Source: Mayamaea pseudoterrestris
Lineage: Eukaryota
Direction of reading: 5' to 3'
NCBI GenBank assembly: GCA_027923505.1
Contig: BROI01000003.1
Coordinates: forward strand, 248,001 to 312,000
Length of the DNA stretch: 64,000 nucleotides
Shown: piece by piece, positions 21,491 through 33,580 of the stretch
How positions within the stretch are numbered: position 1 is the stretch's first letter
Layout of the letters: each line of letters starts with the position of its first letter
Program-made: the position numbers and the translations under genes
The notes under the pieces: generated by a model
What the model was told of the DNA's origin: nothing
Seen by the model: only the letters and a program-made list of their open reading frames with translations
Databases searched by the model: none

Positions 21491-24400
21491 TGATTGCGAG
21501 GCTCCGCGCCACGACCGTGAGAAGTAGTGCAGTGGAGAGCAAGAACAGATTTCAGAGGACGACGCATTAGTGGTGGCTGCGTGACTTACTGTTAGCGAAG
21601 ATCACTAGGGGGCTATCTTTCACGCGCTACTTTTTAGGCTTGACATTGAGCCTTCACGAGGGGATGTCTTCGGGGATAGCATGTAGGTAGTTTATAAAAA
21701 AAATTGGCGTATCTTGCTTCGTACTTCGTTCCGTATACGATCGAGCGATGCGAGCTATCAACATAGTTTGTATCGAGGGACATAGCTGACTCATCAAGAC
21801 ACACTTTCACGAGCCGCAAGTCTTCGCGCAAATCAACCATTCTTTTAAACGCCTGTTCATTCCGCGGTCAAAGTACTTGTGTTGGTGCAAACTTGACATT
21901 GTGAAGTCGCCGGAGGAGCATCAAAAACTTGGCTTCATAGACATCATCTCTAAAAGGCAGCCAGAGCGCCTCGTGTCTCGTCCGGTCAACGCGACTACTG
22001 CGACCAAAAATCTTTCCACATGCATTAATCACACGTCCACTCATCCTCCGCCCATCAAGGTGCCCCACTTCCTATTTTCGTCTTGCCCGCAAGCTTTAGA
22101 AACAATGCGTCGCACCAACGACGGCATGTTAGTGCGGCCGCAGTGGTCTGCTCAACGAATGAAGACGAAATTCGCACAGTATAGTGCAGATCATTTGATT
22201 TTCGAATCTCTAACAAATGCGGGCAAGGTGGAACATAGTCAGTGACAGTAAAAGTTCAGTTCATTTCGGCGGTGCGGGTGAATCATGCAATGATTTAAAC
22301 TGGCGACCGAGCGACCTACAATCTAGTCTCTCTTCTTCGGCGAGCTAAAGTGCGAGCTGAAGGGCAAGGCCCTTGGCTGTTATTCGTGCAGTGACGGCGA
22401 TTTCAGCGGGTCTTACGTCGGCCATCTTGATTTTGTGTGCGCTCGAATTGGCCATGCGAAGAACAAGATCCTATCCATGTCGCATAGGTGTTAAATTTAA
22501 ACCGCTGCGACTTTTCACAAGATTGGCCTTGCATATCGGCCACAACGACCAGCAATGGCGTTTGCTGGTCGAGATGCAATGAGTTGTGACGTCCGTATGC
22601 CTATTGCACAATGAAGAATAACAGTTAGATATAAGTGGCTAAATGACGAGAGGGAACTGCAGCAGGCTGCCATGTTTATCCAGTTGAGATGTCCACATGC
22701 AGAAGCCAGTACGGAGGGACCACAGCAAGTCTAGCAAACATCGACAGAAGAGAGCGTTGAATAGAAAGCGAAGGTCATTGCACAACGTACAATTTGCACA
22801 TCCATATTGGTGGCTCGAGGCATGAAACTCTAGCTTTTGCATTCCGTGATGCTTTACGATTCTGTGGCTGTTGCCGATGCTTGCAAATCGCTGTCGTTTT
22901 TGGAGGCACGCTGCACGTCCGTTGCTTAACAGTCGCCGCAATCATCTCATCGCAATACATGGATGAAAGGTTTCTTCATTGCTGGACTGGTGTCGATTGG
23001 CAACGTTCTCCCCGGTCAGTGTCTTTTGGAACCAGCGGCAACGACCACTCCTTGCTCATTCACTGTTTGAGACACATCAATCAACATGTCTTTTCCGAAC
23101 AATTAATTCACGCGGCAATATACTTGTTTCATCACTTTATCTGGCACTAGCGCTCCGTCTGTCCCTCTGACTTTGCCGATATCTTGAGAAAGTGGCAACA
23201 CTCTAGTTCGTTGTGATTTGTTCGCCACTCACATTGGGCGTGCATTGCCTTGTCTCTAGATACGATCGTGACGGACGGCTCCGTCAACATGGCACGTTTG
23301 TCTGGTGCATTTTTTGCTTGAAACTTGGAGAGTGGGGCGTTTGGAATACAGCAGTCTACTTGCGACCCAAAGTAGCATGTCGTTCGCTTTGATGGCGCAT
23401 GTCAGCGGAGCGTTGGTGAAAAACCGACTTTATACGCCGTTTACCGGAGCTTGAAATGCTACATGGTGTCTGTAGACGACGTTGTCGTGTCACACGATAC
23501 AAAGCGCTGCATCCTTTGCTTGAAAAATAGTTCGGGCCAGCATCATCAGTGGTATCGGTTGGGCAGAACTATAGAAAAAAGTATTGAGGCTACACGAACA
23601 AATCAATCAGCAAGCAACAATCTGCCAGTCTCTTCATCTGCTCCGAGCTTCTGCTTTGGTTTTTCTGTTGATCCATTGTGGGTTTGCAAACGTCTCTAAC
23701 GTCTCGTATTTGTGGCTCGACTGGAGCCATTCATCGGCGTATAGGCGCGGCCAGCATACACGATGCAACCTGACTGAACAGTGGTGGAGATGACTTGTGT
23801 TCCAGTACATGCGATACTCTTGTGAGGGATATGATGAGGCCTCGCTCCTTAGAATGTCGGTCACTTTAACGCAGTGCCTTAGGTTTTGTCGCCATGAGGC
23901 AACCGTAGTTCTGCTCGGAAAGGTCTATGCCGTTGTGAAAGGATAGTCTGCTGATGTGTGCAGAGGCGGGTCGACCGATAGCTCTCTTAAACGAGTTTCA
24001 TAAGGCAGCAGTGTACTATACTTAGTTCAATGGAGTTGCGGCAGTAGCATGTCCTGTCCTTGCGTGCTCAAATTAGTCGCTATCAACGCCTGCGTGCGCA
24101 TGTGAGTTTCGATTGACAACTTTGCAACATGTTTTTGGAGAATCCTATAAGGTTGTGCTTGCTAGCTGATGGTCAACGCGGCAATATACTTGAACCTTTT
24201 AGCTCACTGTAAAGGTACAAACATTTCTGCTTATTTTCCTGCGGTACATGCCATGAGGCTCAGGATTTTGGTAAAATGAGCAACGTCTTTGCGTTGTTGT
24301 CGTCGCTAAATTTTGTGAGCATTGTGGCGAACGACGAATTGAGACCGTGTCCGATAAAGCTGCGGGCCGACTGCAATGTTGGCATGAGGTCTGGCACTAC

Positions 24401-26199
24401 GCATTCCGCTCGAAGGTTTTCTGCATTTCTTGAGCCGTTCCATCCTGAAATCAATCATCAATCAACCAGGTTCGGATCGCAGCCTGGGATTAGTCCGCAA
24501 TAGACAGCAATTCACACCGGCTTCAGTTGCATATCTAGCGGAGAAATGCACGCGAAAAATTACCATGCAGTTGTTTCCTCTTGCTCACAACTTGGTTGAT
24601 GTGTATTGAAGGCAGTTAATTCGGCTTGCCGAATATGCAGTTGCGAGTTGGACGATGCTTTGTGGTGTCCCATTTGCAACTGAGGATCATATAGTGGTTA
24701 ACGTCTATCCACGCCCTGGCTTGTGACACTTTTTTCGCGGCGAAGCTGATACCTGTTAAATATCGCAGCAGAGCTGCAGTGCTTGTTGTCCTCCGCTTTC
24801 ATCGACGCGCACGCCTTAGTAGCGATTAAGATCATAAGCACCACCAGCCTTCCGCATTCATGACGAGTTTCAGCTCAACGATTTGAAGCACCACGTATGC
24901 AATTGTCGTGCTTGCGCGACATGAATAAATTCTGCACACCCACCAGTTAACATGCTGCTTGATGCGGCAAAAGGATCAACGAGATCGATCCCATACTGAT
25001 AGATGTCGTCCCTTGGGTTTCGATTCTCTGCTACTAGAAGTCTGCTTCCCTGGTTCGCAGAGGACAATAGGACGATGTATGACCGACGCCGCTTTTGCAA
25101 AAAGATAATATGGCGAAGGATATTTGCCGACGCCCGCACTATCGCCATCTCAGCACCGAGTTTAATTCGCGCAGCAAAATACGAACCGACCTCGACATTC
25201 ACCGTCTCTAAAAGCATTAAGCGAGATCGCAAACCAATTGTCACTTCCAGTCACTTTCGCTGGCATGAAGTAGCGCAACGACGATGACAAGCAATTCACA
25301 ATTGACATGTAAAGTCCCCGAAACATGGCAGACTACCCACAGTACGTCGACCGACTGGCTAGAAATAGCTGGAGTAGAGTTGCAACATCGTTGCAACACT
25401 AAACACATTATGGCTTTGGGCCGCGAGAGAAGATTTTCTCCTTGAGACGCTACTTGCCAATATAGGCCGGCAGTGGTGTATCGCAGGACAAACGTCAGAT
25501 TCTGTTTTGGTTTTCTTTGGCTAGTTTCGTTGGAAAAATTTTATATGAGACTATTTAACGCGGCAATTATCTGTGAGCTGTCCCCGGTGCTTACAATACA
25601 CGCAAAATTTGAGTATCAACGCATTATGGTGATCATCTCTGGTCGGAGGAGTGCAAAGTGTTATCAGGCTCAGGAGCCATGGAATGCTGCAGCAATAAGT
25701 AATCTACACAGCCATCTCCAAGCATATCGTTTGCTACCTTTCGCACCGTCTGCTGTGAAATGGAGGGACGAATCGCCACGCAAGCATACTGCGGTAGCAT
25801 GTCTCTCGTACTGAATCACTGTTAAGGGCGTGTCGGCTTCACAGCGGAGCTGTTGGCTTATGCTAGACGCGTCTGCGACTTCTGCTGCCACCATCCCCCA
25901 AAGTATGTACTCGCAGTTCAGTGACTGATTCGCAATAAGATTCTGGCTCAAGAAAAATCCTTATATTTGGGAGCGTCCACTTGAGACAGCATGGTTGGCA
26001 CGCTCCTCGCTCGAGCTTGCGTGTCCATCTGTGCATATGCTGCGGCAACAGACGCTTGCTATTGTTGGCTCTCTTTTGTGGCAATCCGCGTCGGTGTAGC
26101 TGCAAATTACGAACGACTGCGTCGTCAGTGTATAGTGGCGCAACCTAGTTGACGTTGAACTTGGCTCGAGGGTCTCACAAACATGGCCGTGAACTACGC

Positions 26200-26505
26200 A
26201 CTCCCGGCTCATTATATTTAATCAGCCAGTTCACATTAAGGGAGTGGCAATCCATCATTCTGTTGTGCATAGCATGGCCAACACCTGCCGGTAGTGATGT
26301 CCGCCGCACTCGTCTAAAGGTTGGACACTTTTTAATGGGCAGCGATGACGAAACTCCCGGCTCATTATATTTTATCAGCCAGTCACAATTGGGATATTAT
26401 TCTCATCATTTTGTAGTGCATAGCTTTGCCAACACCTGCCGGTTGTGATTTTAGCCGCACTCGCTCAACGATTGGACCCTTTTTGACGGGCTGCGGCGAC
26501 GATAC
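26200..26505. repeat. Diverged 153-bp tandem duplication (2 units)
   Basis: actcccggctcattatattt.atcagccagt at 26200 and 26353; gccaacacctgccggt.gtgat and gccgcactcg in both units. Confidence 0.9.
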
Positions 26506-26769
26506 CGGCAACCCCACTGACAAAACTTATGGGCATCTGTAATATGTAATAGTTTACGATTCTTAGTCCAGAAGGAGCTGATGTGTTAGCTATGCATAGG
26601 AATGATAAGATTGGTGACCGAACGCGAATTGCGAAGAACGCGAACTCCATCGGATATTCATTATCGCCCCTTCCGTCCTTTCACGCGAGGTTGCAGCGGC
26701 GCATTGGATTTGAACCGTTTTGCTTTTCGTTTATCGACATTTACGTCGTCTCTCTCTTGTTGCTACAAA

Positions 26770-27655
26770 ATGATGAAGGCCTTAGCCATCCGTTTCGTTC
26801 TGAGCAGTCTGCTTGTCAGTTCCTGCTTGGGACCTACCGTGAGCCCGGAATCCAAGTCGCTAGAGGTACGAACTCTCAATGTTACCGCTTTGTCGTTTCC
26901 AGTGGGGTCGTTTCAACATTGCAACGTTTAAGCACTTGCAACGCAGCAAGTTATACTTGTCTCATGCTGCCATTTTATTTGTGTTTTTGCAGCTCGGCAT
27001 GGACCATGGCTTAGGCAGAGTCCATGACTTGTGTCATGTGGCCTCCGATGTTTCGGAAATGAAGAAACACTGCAAGTACACGTCCTCGCCCGTCGCGCAC
27101 CAACTACAAAGTGAATCGCCAATAGAGTCAGAGTATGCTCCGTCGCCTCAGCAGGGCTCTACGCCGACGATGCATGGAGGTTGCATGTACACAAGGATGG
27201 AGCTCATTGAAACAAGCTTCCCCGCTGATTGCCCGATCCCTGACGAACGCGCGGGCTGGCACGAAAGCACAATTCTCATTCTTGCGGCGATTCTAGCTGG
27301 CCGTGTATTCACGCTCCAGCGGGCGCTTGATGGCGCAATTAAACGACGTTGCGAGACTGAGCTTAATGCGGCTGCGATCGCCCAAAGCAAGATGGAACAT
27401 TACAGAGACGAGGAAATGCTTTTAAGTAAGTGTGCCATGACGATTGATCGTCTGCACAAGGATTTAAGTATCATGCAGAAGCAGATCATGCTCAATAAGA
27501 TGAAAGAACAGGCTCTAGGTAAAGCCGTCGCGGGAATCTACCAGCGTATCCAGATTGCTGCTGCTGCGGGAGTCGCGGTCGAGTGGACCGAATGGCGTGA
27601 GCCCCTTTTGGAAATGCTTGATTGTGCTGAAAGCCTTCTCGACGAGACAACGTAG
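26770..27655 (+). CDS. Hypothetical protein (signal peptide, TM, coiled coil); exons 26770-26865, 26993-27655
   Basis: MMKALAIRFVLSSLLVSSCLG exon joined in phase 0 by a GTACGA...TTTTGCAG intron to the 26879..27655 frame. Confidence 0.55.
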
Positions 27656-27780
27656 ACGTAAAGGCTTACAACCATTGCCAACGTGTATCTATAATTTCGA
27701 CACAAAAACTTTTCTTCTATTTTCATGAGCTTATAACATGCGTATCGTCGATTGGCCCTCATAAAATAAAGACGCATAAT

Positions 27781-30249
27781 TCAACGCTTTTTACGCTGTG
27801 AGTCTGTCAGGAAGGGATTTGCTTTCGTTTGCGGTGAAGGAAACGATGTCTCTGGGGGTAGTCCCAAGGCGCGGCAAGCGTTGTTGCACACATGAGTCGC
27901 AAAGAATGCTTTCATTCCCTTTTCACCAAGATCTGTTCGCCCAAACTTCAAATTCTGGAGAAACAGGTTTTTCTTGCGCGTGTGAACCGCTGGGTCCGTG
28001 AATATGAACTCCCGCCGGCCATCCGAATGAATCTTCAAAGAACCTTGTAGGTCGACCACTATAGATTGTCTATTGCTTTTGAGGTAGGAGAAGTGGCTAA
28101 AAGCTTGAGCAAAGTCACCATCAGGTATCACTTCGTCTGTCATAATTGGCGCGGCACAAACATGTTGTCCGTCTACTAGATGAGCAAAATAGTCCGTGCC
28201 TTCGCAGGAAAAAAATTGAGTCAGATTGGCGTCTTGCACAAACGCTTTGCCCCAACTGTCGTCATTCTGAGAGCTTTCTTCTTCCGACTGAGAAATTTCG
28301 TCATCCGATTCTTCCGCCACAGCCGCCAGCAATGGAGCAATTTTGCCTCCCATGTTCGTTTTTCGACCAACTTTGGATGCCATTGCCGCCTTGTTTACCC
28401 CATCTTCAGCAGAGGTGGCCTCAAAAAGGTCACCATAATTACCGTTATATTTTGTATACTCTCCGTCAATGAATGGCTCGACAAGAACATTGTAAGTCTT
28501 TGAGTCGTCGACAAGTTCAAATATGAGCGGCTCAAGGAAGCAAATCCGAGGAAAGGCATGCACGCGTTGCTGAACGTCTGCTGCGTTTCGTGCAGCTAAA
28601 TTATCGAAATACTCATTAAACTTATCCGCACATCGGGATGCGAAAACCTGCGCCGTCATGAATTGTATATGATCCCTGCGATTATGTTCGTCAGGACGAT
28701 CATGAACAAACCTTGACTCCTTTGCCACCATGACTGGCCCAATAAAATTGTCGTCATCATTGAGGAAACGAAACTTATAAGCGACGCGTTCCGCTCCTTC
28801 GCCAAAACATGCTCGCTTCCAAGCAACATTGTAAGATATAATGTCCTTCTTTTGCACAGCTCCTTTTCGCCGCTCCTCAAGCATAGCGCAACAATCCTCT
28901 TTTCGGTGTCCGCGCCACATACCGTCAGCAATGCATCCGCTGCATAGATACGTTGCTTTGCACCCATTACAGATTTCGCCCCTTGTCCCTGTCTCCCAGG
29001 CTTGATCAGCAACAAGCGAGAAACAGGAATGGCAACGACGGTCTAAAACTCGACAAAAGTCACCGTCTCTAGTATTCCATTTCCAAACATGCTTGGTGTA
29101 TTGACTGCTGTTTGAGGCACGAAAGACTCGCCAATCAATCGAGGGCACATGGTCATCAGGTGTGTCGCCGCGCTCCCGAAGAATATCGATGCGGACCGAC
29201 TTTCCTGGGGCCGTCTTTCCTCGCACGGTTTGCGAGAGTTCCCTCTTGGTTAACGCAAGCGTCGAAACATGATACGAAATAATTCGAGAAAGAGAATCTA
29301 CATCAAAGCTTGATGTGCATGATGGATGGTCAAACCAACCATTTGCTCCGTATGCTGCTGCTTCGTTGGCCATTTTGATTAAAACGCTGAAATCTTCATC
29401 TCGGTCTGCAAGGCCAACGCAGCCGAAAGTCAAGCGACGACCAAATTGAGATGCTATTTCCCCAACGGTCTTTACAATGTTGCTAGTCGCCCCTGCATCT
29501 GATGGTTTACCATCCGAGCAAAAAAAGACGGAGAGACCGACTGATCCCAAAGTGTTTAGTTGCAAGAGTTTTTGAACCTGTGTCAACGCAGGAAGGTAGT
29601 TTCCATGGCCTTCTGGCCGGAACTTCGACCATTCTTTCATGGCCACGAGCTTGTTATAAAGAGCCCAGGTCATTGGCTCATGCCGTATAGCAACCTTTGC
29701 TCGCTTGCCCATCAGCACGACGGAGACTATATCAAACCAGTTCTTTTCCTTGTCCAAGTGAGCTTTCACAAAGTCACGCGCGAGGCATGTCCATACTCCA
29801 TCAGACCGACAGCGGGCTCCATTTACATCGTCGGTTCGCATTGATCCGGACATGTCTACAACGAGAATGTGATGATTCGTCCATCGCTCCTTCTTCGACA
29901 ACGCATCAAAGTCCTCGTGACTGCGCAAATACTGTTCAGTGACGTGTTCCGTGTCCTTCATAACCATGACTGGATCGACAAACTTGGAACCAGACTTTGT
30001 GCCGCACTTGTCCTTGGTGGGGTAACAAGTTATAGCACGATTCGTTTCAGCGTCGTGCACATAATACGTTCCGCCGAAGGTGTACCCGACTCTGCCATTT
30101 TCAAGTGGTTCGGACAAGCCCATTCGTCTGGCTTTCTGACAAAGAACCTTGGCAATGTTACGTTCCTCACAGCGTTCTCGATGGTGTGACGTTGACACGA
30201 GTGTCGAGTTGGCGAGGGAATAGCTGTAGAATCGCTGGGTGCTTGTCAT
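27781..30249 (-). CDS. vWA-alpha-kinase (eEF2K/MHCK family) with an N-terminal DUF4258-like domain and a MYND-like Zn finger, copy A
   Basis: vWA ILVVDMSGSM..SDGKP; C2-C2-C-C-H-C finger; alpha-kinase FGEGAER, VAKE, VEPF..KYNGN, AFSHFSY, VVDLQG, FTDP, FG.TDLG..G..FF..H.CN..C. Confidence 0.9.
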   Translation of the reverse strand: MTSTQRFYSYSLANSTLVSTSHHRERCEERNIAKVLCQKARRMGLSEPLENGRVGYTFGGTYYVHDAETNRAITCYPTKDKCGTKSGSKFVDPVMVMKDTEHVTEQYLRSHEDFDALSKKERWTNHHILVVDMSGSMRTDDVNGARCRSDGVWTCLARDFVKAHLDKEKNWFDIVSVVLMGKRAKVAIRHEPMTWALYNKLVAMKEWSKFRPEGHGNYLPALTQVQKLLQLNTLGSVGLSVFFCSDGKPSDAGATSNIVKTVGEIASQFGRRLTFGCVGLADRDEDFSVLIKMANEAAAYGANGWFDHPSCTSSFDVDSLSRIISYHVSTLALTKRELSQTVRGKTAPGKSVRIDILRERGDTPDDHVPSIDWRVFRASNSSQYTKHVWKWNTRDGDFCRVLDRRCHSCFSLVADQAWETGTRGEICNGCKATYLCSGCIADGMWRGHRKEDCCAMLEERRKGAVQKKDIISYNVAWKRACFGEGAERVAYKFRFLNDDDNFIGPVMVAKESRFVHDRPDEHNRRDHIQFMTAQVFASRCADKFNEYFDNLAARNAADVQQRVHAFPRICFLEPLIFELVDDSKTYNVLVEPFIDGEYTKYNGNYGDLFEATSAEDGVNKAAMASKVGRKTNMGGKIAPLLAAVAEESDDEISQSEEESSQNDDSWGKAFVQDANLTQFFSCEGTDYFAHLVDGQHVCAAPIMTDEVIPDGDFAQAFSHFSYLKSNRQSIVVDLQGSLKIHSDGRREFIFTDPAVHTRKKNLFLQNLKFGRTDLGEKGMKAFFATHVCNNACRALGLPPETSFPSPQTKANPFLTDSQRKKR

Positions 30250-30770
30250 GCTGGTGGCGCTTGCACTGCTGATTGCTGTCTTGTATGATGGCTATGGAAC
30301 TGTGGTATGAAGGCTATCAGAGTTTTTTGCAGCAGAAACGTCGGCGATTGGAACGGTCATGTGCTGAGGCAAGTTTAGTCATCGCTCATGATTTATGATG
30401 CTCGTTGCTTTTTCTTCAAAGAAGAAACGGATCATATGTCGGACCGGTAATGCTCGAGTCGGTCCGTTACTCGTCATTTCAACGTTAGCGAAAGCGCTAC
30501 AAACCCAGCACCATCATCTTATGGTTGATCCATTTACTCGCGCACATGCAGTATACGACTATGACATCGTCATCGCAATACATATTAAAAGTAAAGGCAT
30601 CACTTTGGTATGCTTGCATGCGCGTTCTTCATAAAGAACGACCAAGCGCGCGAGAATCGACATCCAACAGCGCTGCATTGACCTATTCGTACCATATTTT
30701 CGATCACTTTGTTTGGTGTGCGCATAAGTTCTAACTTACTTATTAAGCTATCTATGCACACTGACATATC

Positions 30771-33206
30771 CTAAAAGCAAAAGAGTTCGTCCGGGGTCTG
30801 TCCCATCGCCGTCTCCGGAGTCAGACCGAATAGTTGACAAGCGCCGTTGCACACATGAGTTTCAAAAAAAGCTCTAATTCCCTTTTCACCAAGATTCGTT
30901 CGCCCGAATTTCATTCCTTGCAGTTGGGGGCTTTCTTTCCGTTTGTGAACAGCTGGATCGGTGAAGATGAACTCCCGGCGACCATCCGAATACTCTTTCA
31001 TCGAACCCTGCAGGTCGACCACCATAAACTGCTTCTTGCTAGTGTAATAAGAAAAGTGACTAAATGCATGGGCAAAATCTTCGACAGGAATGGCTTCATG
31101 GAGAAGAATCTGCGGCGCGCCAGCATATTGTTCACCAATGAGGTGGTCGAAGTACTCCGTGTTGTCGCCGGTCTTTCGTGCAGGCTTTGCTCCTTCGTTC
31201 CAATCGCCGTCGTCATCAGAATCTTCCTCTTCTTCTGATTCCTCCACCAAAGCAGCCAGCGGACGCGCATTTATCACCCCAATATTTGCCTTTCGTCCAA
31301 GCAAGGACTCTATCGCGGCTCGGCTCAATCCCGTATTGTCATCAGAGACCGGGGCCGCCTTGGCCACACCCCCGAAATTTCCGTTGTACTTTCTGTAGAC
31401 CCCTTCAATGAAAGGCTCAACAAGAATATTGTACATCTTTGAATTGACTGCATCGGCGAGTTCAAATATAAGTGGCCGCAGGAATCGAATTCGAGGAAAG
31501 TTGGTGAAGCGTTGCCTGAGTTGGGGGTTTTGCACCGCTAAACGATCCAACCAAGAATTGTATTCTTTGGCGCATCGTGAAGCCAAAGCCTGGGTTGTCA
31601 TGAACTGTAGATGGTAGCTGTGCCGATGACTCTTCAAATAAGAGGAAGCGTCTTTCGCCGTAGCAGCGGTGTCATCTTCGACAAACCTTGACTCTTTGGC
31701 AACCATTACAGGTCCCATAAACTCGTCATTTAGATTCAAATAGCGAAACTTATAGGCAGCCCGCTCTGCACCTTCTCCGAAACAAGTGCGTTTCCAGGCA
31801 ACGTTATAGGCAAGAATAGTTTCCTTTTGCACCAGGCCCTTCCTGCGTCTGTCTGCCATTAAGAGGCATTTGTCCTTTGGATGCCGCACACCAATAGCCA
31901 TGCACCGAGTACACAAATAAAGTGCCTTGCACCCCTTGCAAACTTTCCCTCGATTCCCAGTCTGCCAATCTTGATCAGCGACTACTTTGTAGCAGCCATT
32001 GCAGCGTCGGTCAATAACCAAACAAAAGTTACCGTCTCGATCGTTCCACTTCCAAATGTTTTTCGTATACTTTTCATCGCTCGAAGCACGAAAAATTCTC
32101 CAGTCATCCGTGGGATGTTGATCGTCGGGTGCGTCCACGCGTTCACGAACAATGTCAGTGCGAACTGTCTTTCCTTTGCCCGTTTTGGTCTCTGTCATTT
32201 CCGTCTTGGTCATTGTGAGTGACGAGACGTGGTGCGAAATGATATGCGAAAGCGAGTTCGCATCAAGCGATGGCCGGTTGAATGATGCAACGGCGCCAAA
32301 TGCAATTGCTTCGTCCACCATCTTTTTAAGGACGCTAAAATCCTCGTTGGGACTTGCCATGCCAACGCAGCAAAGTGAGAGTCGGCGCCCAAATTGAGAA
32401 GCTAGAGTTCCGACGGCGTCTACGATTTGTTTCGTAGACGATTGAGATTCAGATGGTCTGCCATCTGAGAAGAAAAAGACGGAAAGAGCGCAAGATCCCA
32501 AATCGTTTGCTCGCAAGAGAGAATGGACTTCTTTCAAGGCGGGGAGGTAAAAACCAGGCCCTTCAGGCTTCAAATTTGTCCACTCCCTCAAATCGACAAG
32601 CTTATTGTAAAGAACCCATGTCATCGGTTCGTGTCGAATGACAACAGTCGCCGTCTGGCGCATGACAACGATAGAAACCAAATCATACAACGTGGTCGTA
32701 TGCTGCTCCAACTGATTCTTGACAAACTCGCGAGCAAGACACGTCCAAACGCCATCAGACCGGCAACGAGCCCCATCTACATCATCTGTACGCATAGAAC
32801 CGGACATATCCACCACAAGAATCGTATGACTCTTCCATAGATTCTTCTTTGAGAGGGCAGACATGTGCATGAGCTCGTGGGCCCTTTCCAAATCAATTCC
32901 TTCATGGTCCGAGCTCTTTTCAATCATGACAGGATCGACAAATCGTGAACCAGAGCTAACGCCTTGCTTGTCCCTGCTTTCAAAACAAGTAATCGCCATG
33001 TTGCGTTGGGGATCGTAAATGAAAACCTTGCCCGACAAAGTGTACTTGATTCGGCCGCGACTGTTTCCTGGCTCTTGCATGCCAAATCGCCGCGCTCGCA
33101 GTAGGTCAGTCTTTTGAATCTGACGCTCCTCGCGACGTTGACGATCATGTAGCGTCGAAACGAGTTCCGATTGAGCAATGGAGTTGCTAACGACGCGGGC
33201 GCTCAT
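30771..33206 (-). CDS. vWA-alpha-kinase with an N-terminal DUF4258-like domain and a MYND-like Zn finger, copy B
   Basis: Collinear paralogue of copy A with all alpha-kinase motifs intact. Confidence 0.9.
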   Translation of the reverse strand: MSARVVSNSIAQSELVSTLHDRQRREERQIQKTDLLRARRFGMQEPGNSRGRIKYTLSGKVFIYDPQRNMAITCFESRDKQGVSSGSRFVDPVMIEKSSDHEGIDLERAHELMHMSALSKKNLWKSHTILVVDMSGSMRTDDVDGARCRSDGVWTCLAREFVKNQLEQHTTTLYDLVSIVVMRQTATVVIRHEPMTWVLYNKLVDLREWTNLKPEGPGFYLPALKEVHSLLRANDLGSCALSVFFFSDGRPSESQSSTKQIVDAVGTLASQFGRRLSLCCVGMASPNEDFSVLKKMVDEAIAFGAVASFNRPSLDANSLSHIISHHVSSLTMTKTEMTETKTGKGKTVRTDIVRERVDAPDDQHPTDDWRIFRASSDEKYTKNIWKWNDRDGNFCLVIDRRCNGCYKVVADQDWQTGNRGKVCKGCKALYLCTRCMAIGVRHPKDKCLLMADRRRKGLVQKETILAYNVAWKRTCFGEGAERAAYKFRYLNLNDEFMGPVMVAKESRFVEDDTAATAKDASSYLKSHRHSYHLQFMTTQALASRCAKEYNSWLDRLAVQNPQLRQRFTNFPRIRFLRPLIFELADAVNSKMYNILVEPFIEGVYRKYNGNFGGVAKAAPVSDDNTGLSRAAIESLLGRKANIGVINARPLAALVEESEEEEDSDDDGDWNEGAKPARKTGDNTEYFDHLIGEQYAGAPQILLHEAIPVEDFAHAFSHFSYYTSKKQFMVVDLQGSMKEYSDGRREFIFTDPAVHKRKESPQLQGMKFGRTNLGEKGIRAFFETHVCNGACQLFGLTPETAMGQTPDELFCF

Positions 33207-33580
33207 GATCCGATGTGTATTTTATTTGCGGTATCAGCTACGATAAATCGCTCCTTGTACTTGCTGAATTAAATAGTCGCAAAGACGCAGCAACAAGGCG
33301 TCTAGAAATTTTGAATATAACAGAGACGTCTAGTCAATAAAGACTTCTAGTTACAGTATAGCGCAGTGATCAGTCGTTCTCCAAGTTTTCTTGTTACGGT
33401 TGGCGACGAAAACGGCCACGATCCTTTGACATTCAACACCATCTCTTTCACGGCAGGTGGCCATGGTTCGCTGGATTGGCGATATGTCTTACCGGTTTTT
33501 AAGCGTCGGACCGGTACTGGACAAGACCAAGCCGCGCTCCACCATGGAACATTCGACTATCTTTGAGGCCGATACACACC

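Noticed and set aside
22640..23220. Protein-looking minus-strand frame with scattered stops as a pseudogene
   Set aside because: Stop density is not clearly below random expectation and no family is recognisable
26230..26420. Box C/D snoRNA call for the 153-bp units
   Set aside because: No terminal D box or stem at a suitable distance, and the C box is degenerate in one unit; kept only as an unexplained repeat
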